A DNA stretch of 64,000 nucleotides from Schwartzia sp. (in: firmicutes) (GCA_052170475.1 JBQNAL010000010.1:680-64679), one strand, 5' to 3'. Numbered from the stretch's first letter, positions 46,151 to 55,853 are shown. A program made the numbers and translations. The notes: generated from the letters alone by a model not told the origin.

Positions 46151-47896
46151 ATGGAAATGGTTCATCTGAAAATCAACCGCATTCCCGTGGAAGCGCCGAA
46201 AGGCACGAAGATCATTGAGGCGGCGAAACTCATCAACATCGACATTCCCCACCTCTGCTATCATCCCGATCAAAGGGTGAAGGCGCGCTGCCGCCTTTGC
46301 TCCGTCGAAGTGGTGGGCAAAAAGAAGCTCTTGGCGGCATGTTCCACCGAAGTCTGGGAGGGGATGGAGGTCTTCACGGACACCCAGATCGTCCGAGATA
46401 CGCAAGTGGGCATTTTGCAGCTCATCATGGCGGATCACAACGCAAGCTGCCTGACCTGCCCCCGCAACGAAAACTGCGAACTCCAACGGCTCTGCACGCG
46501 CTTTAATATTTTGGATCCCCACCTGCCGAGGGTGAACCGCCCCCACCCCGTGCACAACACGAATCCGAGCTTAGTCCGCGATCCCTCAAAGTGCATCAAA
46601 TGCGGCCGCTGCATCCGCGCCTGCAAGGACGTACAGGGCATCGAGGCGCTGACCTTCGCGAACCGCAGCGACCAGATCATCGTCACCACCCCCTATGACA
46701 TGTCCATGGAAAAAACGGACTGCACCCTCTGCGGCCAGTGTAGCCTCGTCTGTCCCGTCGGCGCCATCGTGGAAAAGGACGACACGCAGAAAGTCTTGGA
46801 TGCCTTGCAGAACCCGGATCTTCACGTCATCGTCCAGACCGCGCCCTCCGTGCGCGTTTCCTTGGGCGACGCCTTCGGCCTCGCGCCCGGCGCCATCGCC
46901 ACCGGCCAGATGGTGACCGCCCTTCGAATGTTAGGATTTGATCGCGTCTTTGACACGAATTTCGGCGCGGATCTCACCATCATGGAGGAAGGCGCGGAGC
47001 TCATGCACCGCCTGACCAAAGGCGGCGTCCTCCCGATGATCACCTCCTGCAGCCCCGGCTGGGTAAACTTCATCGAGAAGCACTATCCGGCGCTTCTCCC
47101 CCACCTCTCCACGGCGAAATCGCCCATGAGCATGTTCGGCGCCATCGCGAAGACCTACTACGCGAAGGCGGTGGGCGTGCCGCTGGATCGCATTTTCACC
47201 GTCTCCATCATGCCCTGCACGGCGAAGAAATTCGAGGCAGCCCGCCCGGAAATGGGACGGGACGGCCATCAGGACGTGGACGCCGTACTCACCACCCGCG
47301 AGCTGATCAAATTGATCCAATACGTCGGACTGAACTTTGAACACCTGCCGGAAAGCGAATTTGATTCACCGCTTGGGACAGGCTCCGGCGCGGGGGCGAT
47401 CTTCGGCGTGACCGGCGGCGTCATGGAAGCGGCGCTTCGCACCGTGTATGAAAAGCTCACGGGACGCGAGGCGAAGCCGCTGGAATTTGAAGCGGTGCGC
47501 GGCTTCGCGGACACAAAAGAAGCCGTCATCGAGATCGGCGACAAGCCAGTGAAGGTCGCCATCGTCCATACGCTGTTGGCCGCCCGCCGGATGATGGAGC
47601 GGCTGCAAGCGGGCGACTGCGACTATACCTTCATCGAGGTCATGGCGTGTCCCGGCGGCTGTATCGGCGGCGGCGGCCAGCCCATCGGCACCACGAACGC
47701 CGTGCGGCAGGAGCGGATCAAGGCGCTCTACGCCATCGACCGTGACCTCCCCTACCGAAAATCCCACGAGAACCCCGACATCATCAGGCTCTACGATGAA
47801 TTTTTGGGCGAACCATTGGGAGAGACGGCGCACGCGCTCCTCCACACCCATTACCACCACGTCCACAAGAAATACGAATTTTCGGGTACGATGTAA
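46151..47896 (+). CDS. hydA: [FeFe]-hydrogenase catalytic subunit, CpI-like (M3) architecture
   Basis: N-terminal 2Fe-2S ferredoxin-like domain, a His-ligated cluster region (HNASCLTCPRNENC) and two 4Fe-4S motifs (CIKCGRCIRAC; CTLCGQCSLVCP). H-cluster motifs are ITSCSPGW, MPCTAKKFE and EVMACPGGCIGGGGQP. I chose ATG 46151, which has a GGAGGTG RBS. Confidence 0.92.
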   Translation: MEMVHLKINRIPVEAPKGTKIIEAAKLINIDIPHLCYHPDQRVKARCRLCSVEVVGKKKLLAACSTEVWEGMEVFTDTQIVRDTQVGILQLIMADHNASCLTCPRNENCELQRLCTRFNILDPHLPRVNRPHPVHNTNPSLVRDPSKCIKCGRCIRACKDVQGIEALTFANRSDQIIVTTPYDMSMEKTDCTLCGQCSLVCPVGAIVEKDDTQKVLDALQNPDLHVIVQTAPSVRVSLGDAFGLAPGAIATGQMVTALRMLGFDRVFDTNFGADLTIMEEGAELMHRLTKGGVLPMITSCSPGWVNFIEKHYPALLPHLSTAKSPMSMFGAIAKTYYAKAVGVPLDRIFTVSIMPCTAKKFEAARPEMGRDGHQDVDAVLTTRELIKLIQYVGLNFEHLPESEFDSPLGTGSGAGAIFGVTGGVMEAALRTVYEKLTGREAKPLEFEAVRGFADTKEAVIEIGDKPVKVAIVHTLLAARRMMERLQAGDCDYTFIEVMACPGGCIGGGGQPIGTTNAVRQERIKALYAIDRDLPYRKSHENPDIIRLYDEFLGEPLGETAHALLHTHYHHVHKKYEFSGTM

Positions 47897-47920
47897 ATAG
47901 CCGCACCTAAAAAACCGAGG

Positions 47921-47955
47921 CGCCGCCATTTCGGCTCCTCGTTTCTGCCATAAGG
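47921..47955 (+). terminator. probable terminator after hydA
   Basis: cgaggcgccg / cggctcctcg stem with one mismatch, followed by a weak T-tract. Confidence 0.45.
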
Positions 47956-47969
47956 AAAGGAAAATCGCC

Positions 47970-48506
47970 ATGAAAAAAGCCCTCATCGTCATCGACATGC
48001 AAAATGACTTCATCGACGGCAGCTTAGGCACCAAGGAGGCGCAGGCTATGCTCCCCCGTGCCGTCGCACGGGTAAAGGCGGCGGCCTCTGATCCGAGCAC
48101 CCGCCTCATCTTCACGCAAGACACGCACGACGCCGATTATCTGCACAGCGCCGAGGGGCGAAAGCTCCCCGTCCCGCACTGCATCAAGCCGCAAAAGGGC
48201 TGGGAAATCTGCCCGGCGCTCTCCCCCTATGCGAAGAACGCGCTCATCATCGAGAAAAACACCTTCGGCGCTGCGGCACTCCCGGAAGCGGTCAAAGGCT
48301 GCGAGGAAATCCTCTTCCTCGGCCTCTGCACGGACATCTGCGTCATCACCAACGCCCTTCTCCTCAAGACCTTCTACCCGAAGGTTCCCATCGCTGTCGA
48401 TCCCGCCGCCTGCGCCGGCGTCACGCCGGAAAGCCATCAAAAGGCGCTCGACGTGATGAAGATGTGCCAGATTGACATCGCCCCGCCGCTCGACGGCGAA
48501 CGGTAA
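47970..48506 (+). CDS. isochorismatase-family cysteine hydrolase, nicotinamidase (PncA)-like
   Basis: ALIVIDMQNDF (catalytic Asp) and GLCTDICV (catalytic Cys). The QDTHDADYLH region could be the metal site. Confidence 0.75.
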   Translation: MKKALIVIDMQNDFIDGSLGTKEAQAMLPRAVARVKAAASDPSTRLIFTQDTHDADYLHSAEGRKLPVPHCIKPQKGWEICPALSPYAKNALIIEKNTFGAAALPEAVKGCEEILFLGLCTDICVITNALLLKTFYPKVPIAVDPAACAGVTPESHQKALDVMKMCQIDIAPPLDGER

Positions 48507-48520
48507 GAAAACACAAAAAG

Positions 48521-48566
48521 CGAGGTAGAAAAAGAGGACGCGCCTGCGTCCTCTTTTTCTACCTCG
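48521..48566. terminator. bidirectional terminator (21-bp perfect stem)
   Basis: cgaggtagaaaaagaggacgc (48521..48541) pairs with gcgtcctctttttctacctcg (48546..48566). Confidence 0.8.
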
Positions 48567-48650
48567 ACAAGGGCAACCCTCGTACATCATTTCCATAAAG
48601 GCAGACCCATCTGTACGTTCTGAACCGGCAGCCGCGAAGCAGCGCACGCC

Positions 48651-49988
48651 TCATCCGCTCACCGTCTGTATAGCGCCCTCTTCTCCCCTGCGGCGGCTGT
48701 GGTTTTTCTGCTTATCCTCATACATGCGCTGATCCGCCACCTTCAGGACTTCGCAGGTCGTCGTGCCGTCGGCGGGACGACCTGCGTACCCCATACTGAC
48801 ACGGATGAAGAGCGGCCGAAGGCCTACGATAACCGGCGTCCCTTCCACGTCCGCCTTGATCCGCTTTCGCACCTCTGCATACGCCTCGACAGACAATCCG
48901 CCTACCGTGAGGATGACAAACTCATCCCCGCCCACCCGATAGACCTTATCCACGTCGCGCATGGCAGCTTTGAGGCGCCGTGCCGTTTCGGAAAGCACCT
49001 GATCGCCGGCATCGTGGCCATACTGATCATTGATCTCCTTAAACTGATCCAAATCGAGGAAGATCAATCCGTACGGCTCAATCCCACGATCCAGTTCGCC
49101 CACTTTCTCTTTGAAGGCTCTTTTATTCAAGGTATCTGTCAAAGCGTCTACCGAGGCCATGTGTTCCTTGATCAGGAGCTGCCGTTTAATCTGCCCAAGA
49201 TTCGACAAAAGCCGATACAGGAAGAGGATGATGACCCCCGCCAAGATCCCGTTCACCCAGCGCTGCCCAAAGCTGATCCACCCCTCTTTCGGCATCAGCG
49301 TCATCACCCACACCGCGCCATTCGCTAACCGAATCTCCGTCCGCACGGGCTCAAAATCCACGAAACCGCCCAAATTGGAATAGATCATCTGGGAATCAGC
49401 GCCCGCCAGCACCGCCAAGGTACAGTAGTTGTTCTCGGTGATCTCCTTAAACGAGCGCGTATTTTGAAAGAGATCCGCCAAATGCACCGGCCTCATGGAA
49501 AAGCCTAAAATCTCACCTGCTTTATTATAGACAGGGTGATAGGCGATCAATTCCCCACCCTTCTGCTTAAAGCCAATGGAGCCAGACATCACGCGAGACT
49601 CGATTGCCGTCTCGCCCTCCCCGTCTCCGGAAAGCGCCGAAAGCGTGCGAAAAGGCCGATTGGTCAAGCTGTCCTCTGCCATGGCCACGGCCCCTTTGAA
49701 CAATCCTTGCGGATTGGCATGCAAAAGGGCGGTCACCGTCTCGTGAAAGGCGGGGAAAGGCTCTTCCTCATTGGCGCGGATCAGAATATCAAAGAGCGTC
49801 GTGAGGTAGATCTCGCGATTGATCCGCTCTTCCAGCTGTGCCGCCGCCGAAAGCGCAATCAGCTCCGCCTTCTCTTTGCGCGTCCGCACATAAGCCGCCT
49901 GCTGCATCCCCAAGAACGTGCCGACAACCACGACGATAACCGAGAGAAGAAGCGCTTGCTTGAGTACCTTGTGCATGGTATCACCCAC
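48651..49988 (-). CDS. membrane sensor diguanylate cyclase (GGDEF)
   Basis: Two TM segments flank a ~200-aa extracytoplasmic region. The C-terminal GGDEF domain has an intact RVGGDEF. Confidence 0.85.
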   Translation of the reverse strand: MGDTMHKVLKQALLLSVIVVVVGTFLGMQQAAYVRTRKEKAELIALSAAAQLEERINREIYLTTLFDILIRANEEEPFPAFHETVTALLHANPQGLFKGAVAMAEDSLTNRPFRTLSALSGDGEGETAIESRVMSGSIGFKQKGGELIAYHPVYNKAGEILGFSMRPVHLADLFQNTRSFKEITENNYCTLAVLAGADSQMIYSNLGGFVDFEPVRTEIRLANGAVWVMTLMPKEGWISFGQRWVNGILAGVIILFLYRLLSNLGQIKRQLLIKEHMASVDALTDTLNKRAFKEKVGELDRGIEPYGLIFLDLDQFKEINDQYGHDAGDQVLSETARRLKAAMRDVDKVYRVGGDEFVILTVGGLSVEAYAEVRKRIKADVEGTPVIVGLRPLFIRVSMGYAGRPADGTTTCEVLKVADQRMYEDKQKNHSRRRGEEGAIQTVSG

Positions 49989-50016
49989 TTTCTACGCTCT
50001 CAGTTCCCCCCTTTGA

Positions 50017-51801
50017 TCACCGAGCAAACCGTGCATTGTACTTCCTCGCTTCCTCCGCCGTTTCCCGCTGGAGCCCCAAATCCGGCAGCAGCCCCTCTGC
50101 CATAGGGCGAGGTTTGGAGAAGTAAAAGCCCTGCTCCTTATCGCACCCCACTTCCTGCAGGAAGCGATGATGCGCCTCCGTCTCGACCCCTTCCGTCAAG
50201 GTCTGCACCCCTAACTCATGCGCCGCCCGGACGATGGCCTTGATGATCACACGATTCGCCCCATGATGTTCGTCAAGCTGGCGCAAAAACTGCATATCCA
50301 GCTTGAGAAGGTCAAACTCGTACTGATTCAATACATTAAGCGCCGAATAGCCGCTGCCGAAATCGTCCACCCACACTTGGATCCCATGATGGCGAAGCGC
50401 CTTGATCTGCTGCTTAAAGACACTGGCCGTCTGCGCGATGTCCCGCTCCGTAATCTCGACCGCGATCCACTTCGGATCCACATCATACTTCTTCAAGAGG
50501 TTCACGATTAAACGCACCATGTCATTGGCCTCGAAATCCAGCACCGAGAGATTGACGGAAACCGGCTCCACAGGAAACCCAGAGTTGATGCGAATCTTGA
50601 TCTGCCGAATGACCTGCTCCAACATGTACGCACCCAGCTGAGGGACAAGATGGTACTTCTCTAACACGGGAATGAAGGTATCCGGGGCGATCATCCCCTT
50701 GGCCGGATCGATCCAGCGCGCCAGCGCCTCGAAATTGCAAATCTTCCCCGTCTCTGCTCGAATAATCGGATGATAAAAGACCGCAATCCATTGTTTTTCA
50801 ATGGCCTCGGAAAATTGATCCCGAATGTATCGCTGACTCCAATATTCATCGTCAATCGTCGGAGAATACACGACAAAGCGCTGCCGAAGATCGTTGCCCA
50901 CCCGCTTCGCGGCAAAGCGTGCCTGATCCAGCGCTTTGACCGCATTGCTCTTCGTCTTTCCTGTCTGCGGAGAAACGCCCGCCTTCACCACCGCCGCCCG
51001 CCCCAGCGAGCGCTTGCCAATCCGCTGGATGGCCTCTTCCAACTTTGCGCAGGTTTGATCATCCCAAATCGTGAGTACAGCGAAGTGGTCATCCCCCACC
51101 CGCGTGATGAGCGCCCCCTCAAAACCGGCACGCAGCGCGTCCGCAATGATCCGCAGAAGCCGATTGCCTTCCTCAAACCCATACTCCTCATTGTAATATC
51201 GCATCCCATCGACATCCACGTAGATGCACGCTGCCGCACGCCCCATCGCAAACATCTTCATCATTGCCTCGTCGGCAAATTTATGGTAGCACTCAATATT
51301 GGGCAAGCGCGTGATCGGGTCGATAAAGCAACGATCCATCTGGGCGGTAGTCGTATAGCTGATCGATTTTTCCGGATTCTCTCGACTCAAATCGCGGTAA
51401 GTGATAAACGCGACGCGCGTTTCGTCTTCCATGGTGTAGAACGTCCCTACCGCATGGATCTCATGGTACGTTCCATCCTTCAGATTCTTGCTGCGATAAA
51501 TGACATTCCAATCGCTCTCTTCTCGAATGAAGATCTCTTCCATCTCCGTGACCCTGGCAAAATCTTCGGGATGAACGCCACCGTAAAAGCGCTTCGGCTG
51601 ATATAAAGGCACCGCATCCCGCTGTATATCCTTCATGGCACAATAGCCGTCCGAAACGAGCAGCACAAAACTTTCGCCATCAATGAACTGATATACGGTA
51701 AAGGGAAATTTCAGCTTTTCGTACGCTTCCCGCACTTCTGCAGGAAACGTATATAATTCCTCACGGTGGCTCACTGTATCATCTCCTTGCCGTCGCCCCA
51801 C
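50017..51801 (-). CDS. PAS-like / degenerate GGDEF / EAL protein (c-di-GMP phosphodiesterase type)
   Basis: EAL-domain motifs EALARW, DDFGSGYS and EGVET are present. The GGDEF-domain signature is degenerate (RVGDDHF). The start is uncertain. Confidence 0.85.
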   Translation of the reverse strand: MGRRQGDDTVSHREELYTFPAEVREAYEKLKFPFTVYQFIDGESFVLLVSDGYCAMKDIQRDAVPLYQPKRFYGGVHPEDFARVTEMEEIFIREESDWNVIYRSKNLKDGTYHEIHAVGTFYTMEDETRVAFITYRDLSRENPEKSISYTTTAQMDRCFIDPITRLPNIECYHKFADEAMMKMFAMGRAAACIYVDVDGMRYYNEEYGFEEGNRLLRIIADALRAGFEGALITRVGDDHFAVLTIWDDQTCAKLEEAIQRIGKRSLGRAAVVKAGVSPQTGKTKSNAVKALDQARFAAKRVGNDLRQRFVVYSPTIDDEYWSQRYIRDQFSEAIEKQWIAVFYHPIIRAETGKICNFEALARWIDPAKGMIAPDTFIPVLEKYHLVPQLGAYMLEQVIRQIKIRINSGFPVEPVSVNLSVLDFEANDMVRLIVNLLKKYDVDPKWIAVEITERDIAQTASVFKQQIKALRHHGIQVWVDDFGSGYSALNVLNQYEFDLLKLDMQFLRQLDEHHGANRVIIKAIVRAAHELGVQTLTEGVETEAHHRFLQEVGCDKEQGFYFSKPRPMAEGLLPDLGLQRETAEEARKYNARFAR

Positions 51802-52041
51802 GTTAGGCGGCTTTTCGTCCTATCCACAAAAGAACACTCTGTTCGATTTTCGTTTCATTTTGATTCTTTTGCCCTAAAAATCATACGGGCATCCGTGCGC
51901 CTACCGATACGCTCCTTACCAAAAAAGCGATCCACGCCCGATACTTTCTTTTACTCTAAGGCAAGTATAACACTTCTCTCGCTCAACGGCAAGGTTTTCT
52001 CCCACGATGCGAAGCCTGATGAACAGATATATAGTCCTACA

Positions 52042-52782
52042 TTAGAGTTTTTCTACGGCAGCGGCCATGACTGCACCGATGGGCGCGCGAATGACCACCT
52101 CCGCCATCCGATCCGCGCGGGTTTCCGTCATGTTGATGAGGACTAAGTGCTTTCCTTGAAAATAGCGGATGAGACCCGCCGCCGGGTAAACCACGAGCGA
52201 GGTGCCGCCGATGATGAGGGTGTCCGCCGTGCCGATGGCTTCCACTGTATCCCTGACCACCTGATCGTCGAGCGGCTCCTCGTAGAGGACGACGTCCGGC
52301 TTGACGATGCCGCCGCAGCGCGGGCAGTGCGGCACCTTCGGCGCGGTGTCCAAAATGAACTGCACGTCGTAAAACGCGCCGCACGTTTGACAATGGTTCC
52401 GCAGCACCGAGCCGTGCAGCTCATAGACCGTCTCCGACCCCGCCGCCTGATGAAGCCCATCGATGTTCTGCGTGACGACGGCCGCTAATTTCCCCATTTT
52501 CTCCAATTTGGCCAAAGCCCGATGACAGCCGTTTGGCTGCGCGTTCGGATAGAGGAGCTTCTCTCGGTAAAAAGAGAAAAATTCTTCCGGGTACTTTTCA
52601 AAATACGTATGGGACACCAACTGCTCCGGCGTGAGCGCCATCTGTAATTTTTCGTTCCAAAGCCCGTTGGCGCTGCGAAAATCCGGAATGCCGGACTCCG
52701 TGGATACCCCCGCCCCGCCAAAAAACACAATTTTTTGGCTCTCCTTCAAGATGTCGAGCAATTTCTCCCTGTCTGCGTCCAT
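52042..52782 (-). CDS. cobB: NAD-dependent protein deacylase (Sir2 family)
   Basis: GAGVSTESGIPDFRS, QNIDGLH and a Zn ribbon (CQTCG...CPRCGG). I chose ATG 52782 (MDADREK), which has an AAAGGAG RBS. Confidence 0.88.
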   Translation of the reverse strand: MDADREKLLDILKESQKIVFFGGAGVSTESGIPDFRSANGLWNEKLQMALTPEQLVSHTYFEKYPEEFFSFYREKLLYPNAQPNGCHRALAKLEKMGKLAAVVTQNIDGLHQAAGSETVYELHGSVLRNHCQTCGAFYDVQFILDTAPKVPHCPRCGGIVKPDVVLYEEPLDDQVVRDTVEAIGTADTLIIGGTSLVVYPAAGLIRYFQGKHLVLINMTETRADRMAEVVIRAPIGAVMAAAVEKL

Positions 52783-52896
52783 GACCCGTGCACTCCTTTC
52801 CTGTCCATCCTCATCCTGTCCCGCGCGGCGCACGCCACGCCCGTTCCCGCGCGACCGCGCTTCGTTGGTTTTCCCCTGCCCTTGCCGCGTGCTGCG

Positions 52897-53937
52897 CTAC
52901 GCCTCGCGATCGGAGAGACCAAGACCCGGGACAGCATTGAGGCGGAGATCCGCGAAATCGCCCGCCTGCGCCTGATAGTAGCCCCGGCAGGCGATCATGG
53001 CCGCGTTGTCCGTGCAGAGGACGGGCGCAGGGTAATAAAACGACGCGCCCGCCGCTCTCGTCATCTGCCGCAGCCGCCCTTCAAGTGCGCTGTTCGCCGC
53101 CACGCCGCCCGCCAAGACCAACGTTTGAAAGCCCGTCTCCCGAAGGGCGTCCGCCGCTTTCGCCGTCAGCACCTCGACCACCGCCGCCTGAAAGGAGGCC
53201 GCCACGTCTGCGGGATTGACCGCGCTCCCCTTCATCTTCTTCTCGTTCAAATAATTCAGCACCGCCGACTTCAGCCCGCTGAAGCTAAAGGCATAATCGC
53301 CACTGTCCTTGAGCGCCTGCGGAAAGTCAATCGCCTTGGGATCTCCTTGCTTCGCCAGCCGGTCAATTTCCGGTCCTCCTGGATAGGGAAGCCCCATCAC
53401 CCGCGCCACCTTGTCGAAGGCCTCCCCCGCCGCGTCGTCCCGCGTCTCGCCCAAGAGCGCGAAGCGGTTGTAATCGCGCACTTCCACGAGCGCCGTATGA
53501 CCGCCGGAGACCACCAGCGCCACGAAAGGCGGTACCAAATCCGGGGCGCTCAAAAAACTCGCGAAGATGTGCCCCTCTAAATGATTGACCCCGATGAGGG
53601 GGATGTCTTGCGCAAAGGCCAGCGCCTTCGCCGCCGAAACGCCCACCAAGAGCGCCCCCACCAAGCCGGGACCATACGTCACCGCCACCTGCTGAATATC
53701 GGCGAGCGTCACCTGCGCTTGCCGCAGCGCCTCGTCGATCACCGGCATGATGTTGACGATATGATGGCGCGAGGCGATCTCCGGCACCACTCCGCCAAAT
53801 TTTTGATGTACGGGAATCTGGGTAGCGATGACATTCGAGAGCAGCGTCCGTCCGCCGGAAAGCACCGCCGCCGCCGTCTCGTCACAGCTCGTCTCGATCC
53901 CTAAGGTCAACCGCCCATCCTCGTTTTCGCTTCTCAC
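52897..53937 (-). CDS. tsaD: tRNA N6-adenosine threonylcarbamoyltransferase
   Basis: LGIETSCDETAAAV, HxxxH metal site (NHLEGHIF) and GGVAAN. GTG start. Confidence 0.93.
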   Translation of the reverse strand: MRSENEDGRLTLGIETSCDETAAAVLSGGRTLLSNVIATQIPVHQKFGGVVPEIASRHHIVNIMPVIDEALRQAQVTLADIQQVAVTYGPGLVGALLVGVSAAKALAFAQDIPLIGVNHLEGHIFASFLSAPDLVPPFVALVVSGGHTALVEVRDYNRFALLGETRDDAAGEAFDKVARVMGLPYPGGPEIDRLAKQGDPKAIDFPQALKDSGDYAFSFSGLKSAVLNYLNEKKMKGSAVNPADVAASFQAAVVEVLTAKAADALRETGFQTLVLAGGVAANSALEGRLRQMTRAAGASFYYPAPVLCTDNAAMIACRGYYQAQAGDFADLRLNAVPGLGLSDREA

Positions 53938-53957
53938 GCTTCACCCTTCTGTCTGCA

Positions 53958-54398
53958 TCATAATTCCATCTTCCACATGATGACGGCATCCTCGCCGTTG
54001 TCCTGATAGTAACGGGGACGACGCCCATAATCCAAAAAGCCGCAGGACTTATAGAGAGTCAGCGCGACCGCATTGGAGGGGCGCACCTCCAACGTCATGC
54101 GCGACGCCCCCCGCGCCTTCGCCCGTGCCATCATCTCGTCCATCAGGCGGCGGCCAATCCCCTGCCCGCGCTTTTCCGGCGCGATGGCCACATTCGTAAT
54201 CTGCGCCTCGTCCAGAATAATCCACGCCCCGGCGTAGCCCACGATCTCCCCGTCCATGCGCGCCACCAAGTAGAGCGTGCGCTCGTTCGCCGCTTCCTCC
54301 CAAAAGGCGCGGCGCGACCACGGGACGGCGAAGGAAGCCCGCTCGATCCCTTCCACCGCCGCCGCGTCCTCCGGCTTCATTTCGTGAAAGGAAATCAT
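53958..54398 (-). CDS. rimI: ribosomal-protein-alanine N-acetyltransferase
   Basis: 146-aa GNAT (NVAIAPEKRGQGIGRRLM). ATG 54398 overlaps the tsaB stop (ATGA). The tracked 394-aa ORF is an artefactual upstream extension. Confidence 0.88.
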   Translation of the reverse strand: MISFHEMKPEDAAAVEGIERASFAVPWSRRAFWEEAANERTLYLVARMDGEIVGYAGAWIILDEAQITNVAIAPEKRGQGIGRRLMDEMMARAKARGASRMTLEVRPSNAVALTLYKSCGFLDYGRRPRYYQDNGEDAVIMWKMEL

Positions 54399-55102
54399 GG
54401 CGCGGCCTTCTTTTGCCGCGCTTCCCACAGCACTTCCGCCTCGGATCGACGAATGTAGAGGGGCGCCATATCCATGACATTGCCGCATCGCCCCGCCGCC
54501 AACTCCAAGAGTCCCAACCGCGCCACGGCCGCCGCCCGAGGCATGATCATGTCGGGCGGCGCTAATCGCACATGGGCGGGCAAATCGCGGCGTTCGGCCA
54601 GCTTCTTTTGCGCTGCGTCCCCCGTCAAGATCACCGCGCCTTCGATGGCGGCACACCGTGCCACCACCTCGTCCAAGGGAGAGACGGCAAGGGGCGAGAT
54701 CTCCACCGGCCCCGCCTCTCGCCATTCGTACGTCGCCGTGTAGACATTCCCCTTCTGGGCGTCCATCATGGCCACCACCCGCAGCGCGGGCGCGGGAAAC
54801 TGCGCCGCCAGCGCCGCCAAGGTCGGCACCCCCACCAAGGGAACGCCCCACGCGTAGGCCATCGCCTTCGCCGCCGAAAGCCCGATGCGAAGCCCCGTAA
54901 AGGAACCGGGACCCAGGCTCACCGCCACCCCCTCCACCTCTCGCCGGGAGACCCCCGCCATCTCCAAGGCCAGCGCCACATGGGACTGCAGCGTCTCCGA
55001 GTGGGTGAGCCGCGCCACCGTCACCTCCGACAAAAGGCGCGTCTCCGTTGCGACCGCCACCCCCGACACCACCGTCGCCGTTTCCAAAGCCAAAATCAAC
55101 AC
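54395..55102 (-). CDS. tsaB: tRNA threonylcarbamoyladenosine biosynthesis protein TsaB
   Basis: MLILALETATVVSGVAVA N-terminus and a YeaZ-like fold, between tsaE and rimI. Confidence 0.9.
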   Translation of the reverse strand: MLILALETATVVSGVAVATETRLLSEVTVARLTHSETLQSHVALALEMAGVSRREVEGVAVSLGPGSFTGLRIGLSAAKAMAYAWGVPLVGVPTLAALAAQFPAPALRVVAMMDAQKGNVYTATYEWREAGPVEISPLAVSPLDEVVARCAAIEGAVILTGDAAQKKLAERRDLPAHVRLAPPDMIMPRAAAVARLGLLELAAGRCGNVMDMAPLYIRRSEAEVLWEARQKKAAP

Positions 55103-55169
55103 GCTTCGCCCACTCCTCCGCCCGTGCTAAATCCGCTGCCAATCTCCGCCGATCCCCGCCGCAACCTCC

Positions 55170-55661
55170 TCACGCCTCGGGAAACGCATCCCGAAGCGCC
55201 GCCAAGACGTCCTCGTACCCATCGCCTCGATCCGTGAAGATAATGCGCCGCGCCGCCTCTCCTTCGCCACGAGAGAGCGCCACCGTCAAGCGACGAGCAG
55301 GAAGCGCTTCGGGGAATTTATCCGCCCACTCGATGATGGCGACCCCGCTCGGCTCCTCCGCATACTCGTAAAACCCGATGTTCTCCAAGGCGTCTTCTTC
55401 CTCTAAGCGGTAGAGGTCAAAATGCGCCACCGAAAGCCGCCCCGCGTAGAGGTTCATCAACGTGAAGGACGGGCTGGTCACGTCCTCCTTCACCCCAAGC
55501 CCTGCCGCGATCCCCTTGGTCAAAAGCGTCTTCCCCGCGCCTAAGTCCCCCGTCAGGCACAGCACCATCCCGGCGCGCAACGCCCTTCCGACCACTTCTC
55601 CTATCCTTCGCGTCGCCTCCGGCGAATCCGACAAAATCTCCACACCCGCACCCCTCTCCAC
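55170..55661 (-). CDS. tsaE: tRNA threonylcarbamoyladenosine biosynthesis ATPase TsaE
   Basis: GDLGAGKTLLTKGI P-loop, SPSFTL and FDLYRL motifs. The GTG start at 55661 is uncertain. Confidence 0.88.
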   Translation of the reverse strand: MERGAGVEILSDSPEATRRIGEVVGRALRAGMVLCLTGDLGAGKTLLTKGIAAGLGVKEDVTSPSFTLMNLYAGRLSVAHFDLYRLEEEDALENIGFYEYAEEPSGVAIIEWADKFPEALPARRLTVALSRGEGEAARRIIFTDRGDGYEDVLAALRDAFPEA

Positions 55662-55776
55662 TGCCGCCCGCGCTCTTTTCCTGTATCATACCATATTTGC
55701 GCCGCCAAGGACAGAGAAGCCCGTACAGCCGCGTGTGTCAATCCTGCTTTCTCTCTGCAAAGCCGACATAACACAA

Positions 55777-55808
55777 AACTCGAAATAAAAAGGCGGAAAT
55801 CCACCTGA
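55777..55808 (+). repeat. direct repeat copy 1 (32 nt)
   Basis: aactcgaaataaaaaggcggaaatccacctga is 29/32 identical to 55854..55885. Confidence 0.85.
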
Positions 55809-55853
55809 TTTTTTTATCTGTTATTGATCCGCGTACCGATTTATGATAAAATA

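Noticed and set aside
51802-52041. Possible c-di-GMP or other riboswitch in the 240-nt leader of the EAL gene.
   Set aside because: I found no GEMM-like conserved elements or any other recognisable aptamer core by eye. It needs a covariance-model scan to settle.
20219-52782. NAD-salvage genes (pncB at 20219, the nicotinamidase-like gene at 47970, Sir2 at 52042) considered as a linked system.
   Set aside because: The genes are tens of kb apart, in different operons and orientations. Their co-presence in one window looks coincidental.
53958-55142. 394-aa ORF spanning rimI and most of tsaB.
   Set aside because: Only the last 146 aa are GNAT-like. The upstream 248 aa are a Gly/Arg-rich out-of-frame shadow of tsaB. 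ATG 54398 overlaps the tsaB stop (ATGA) as expected for rimI.
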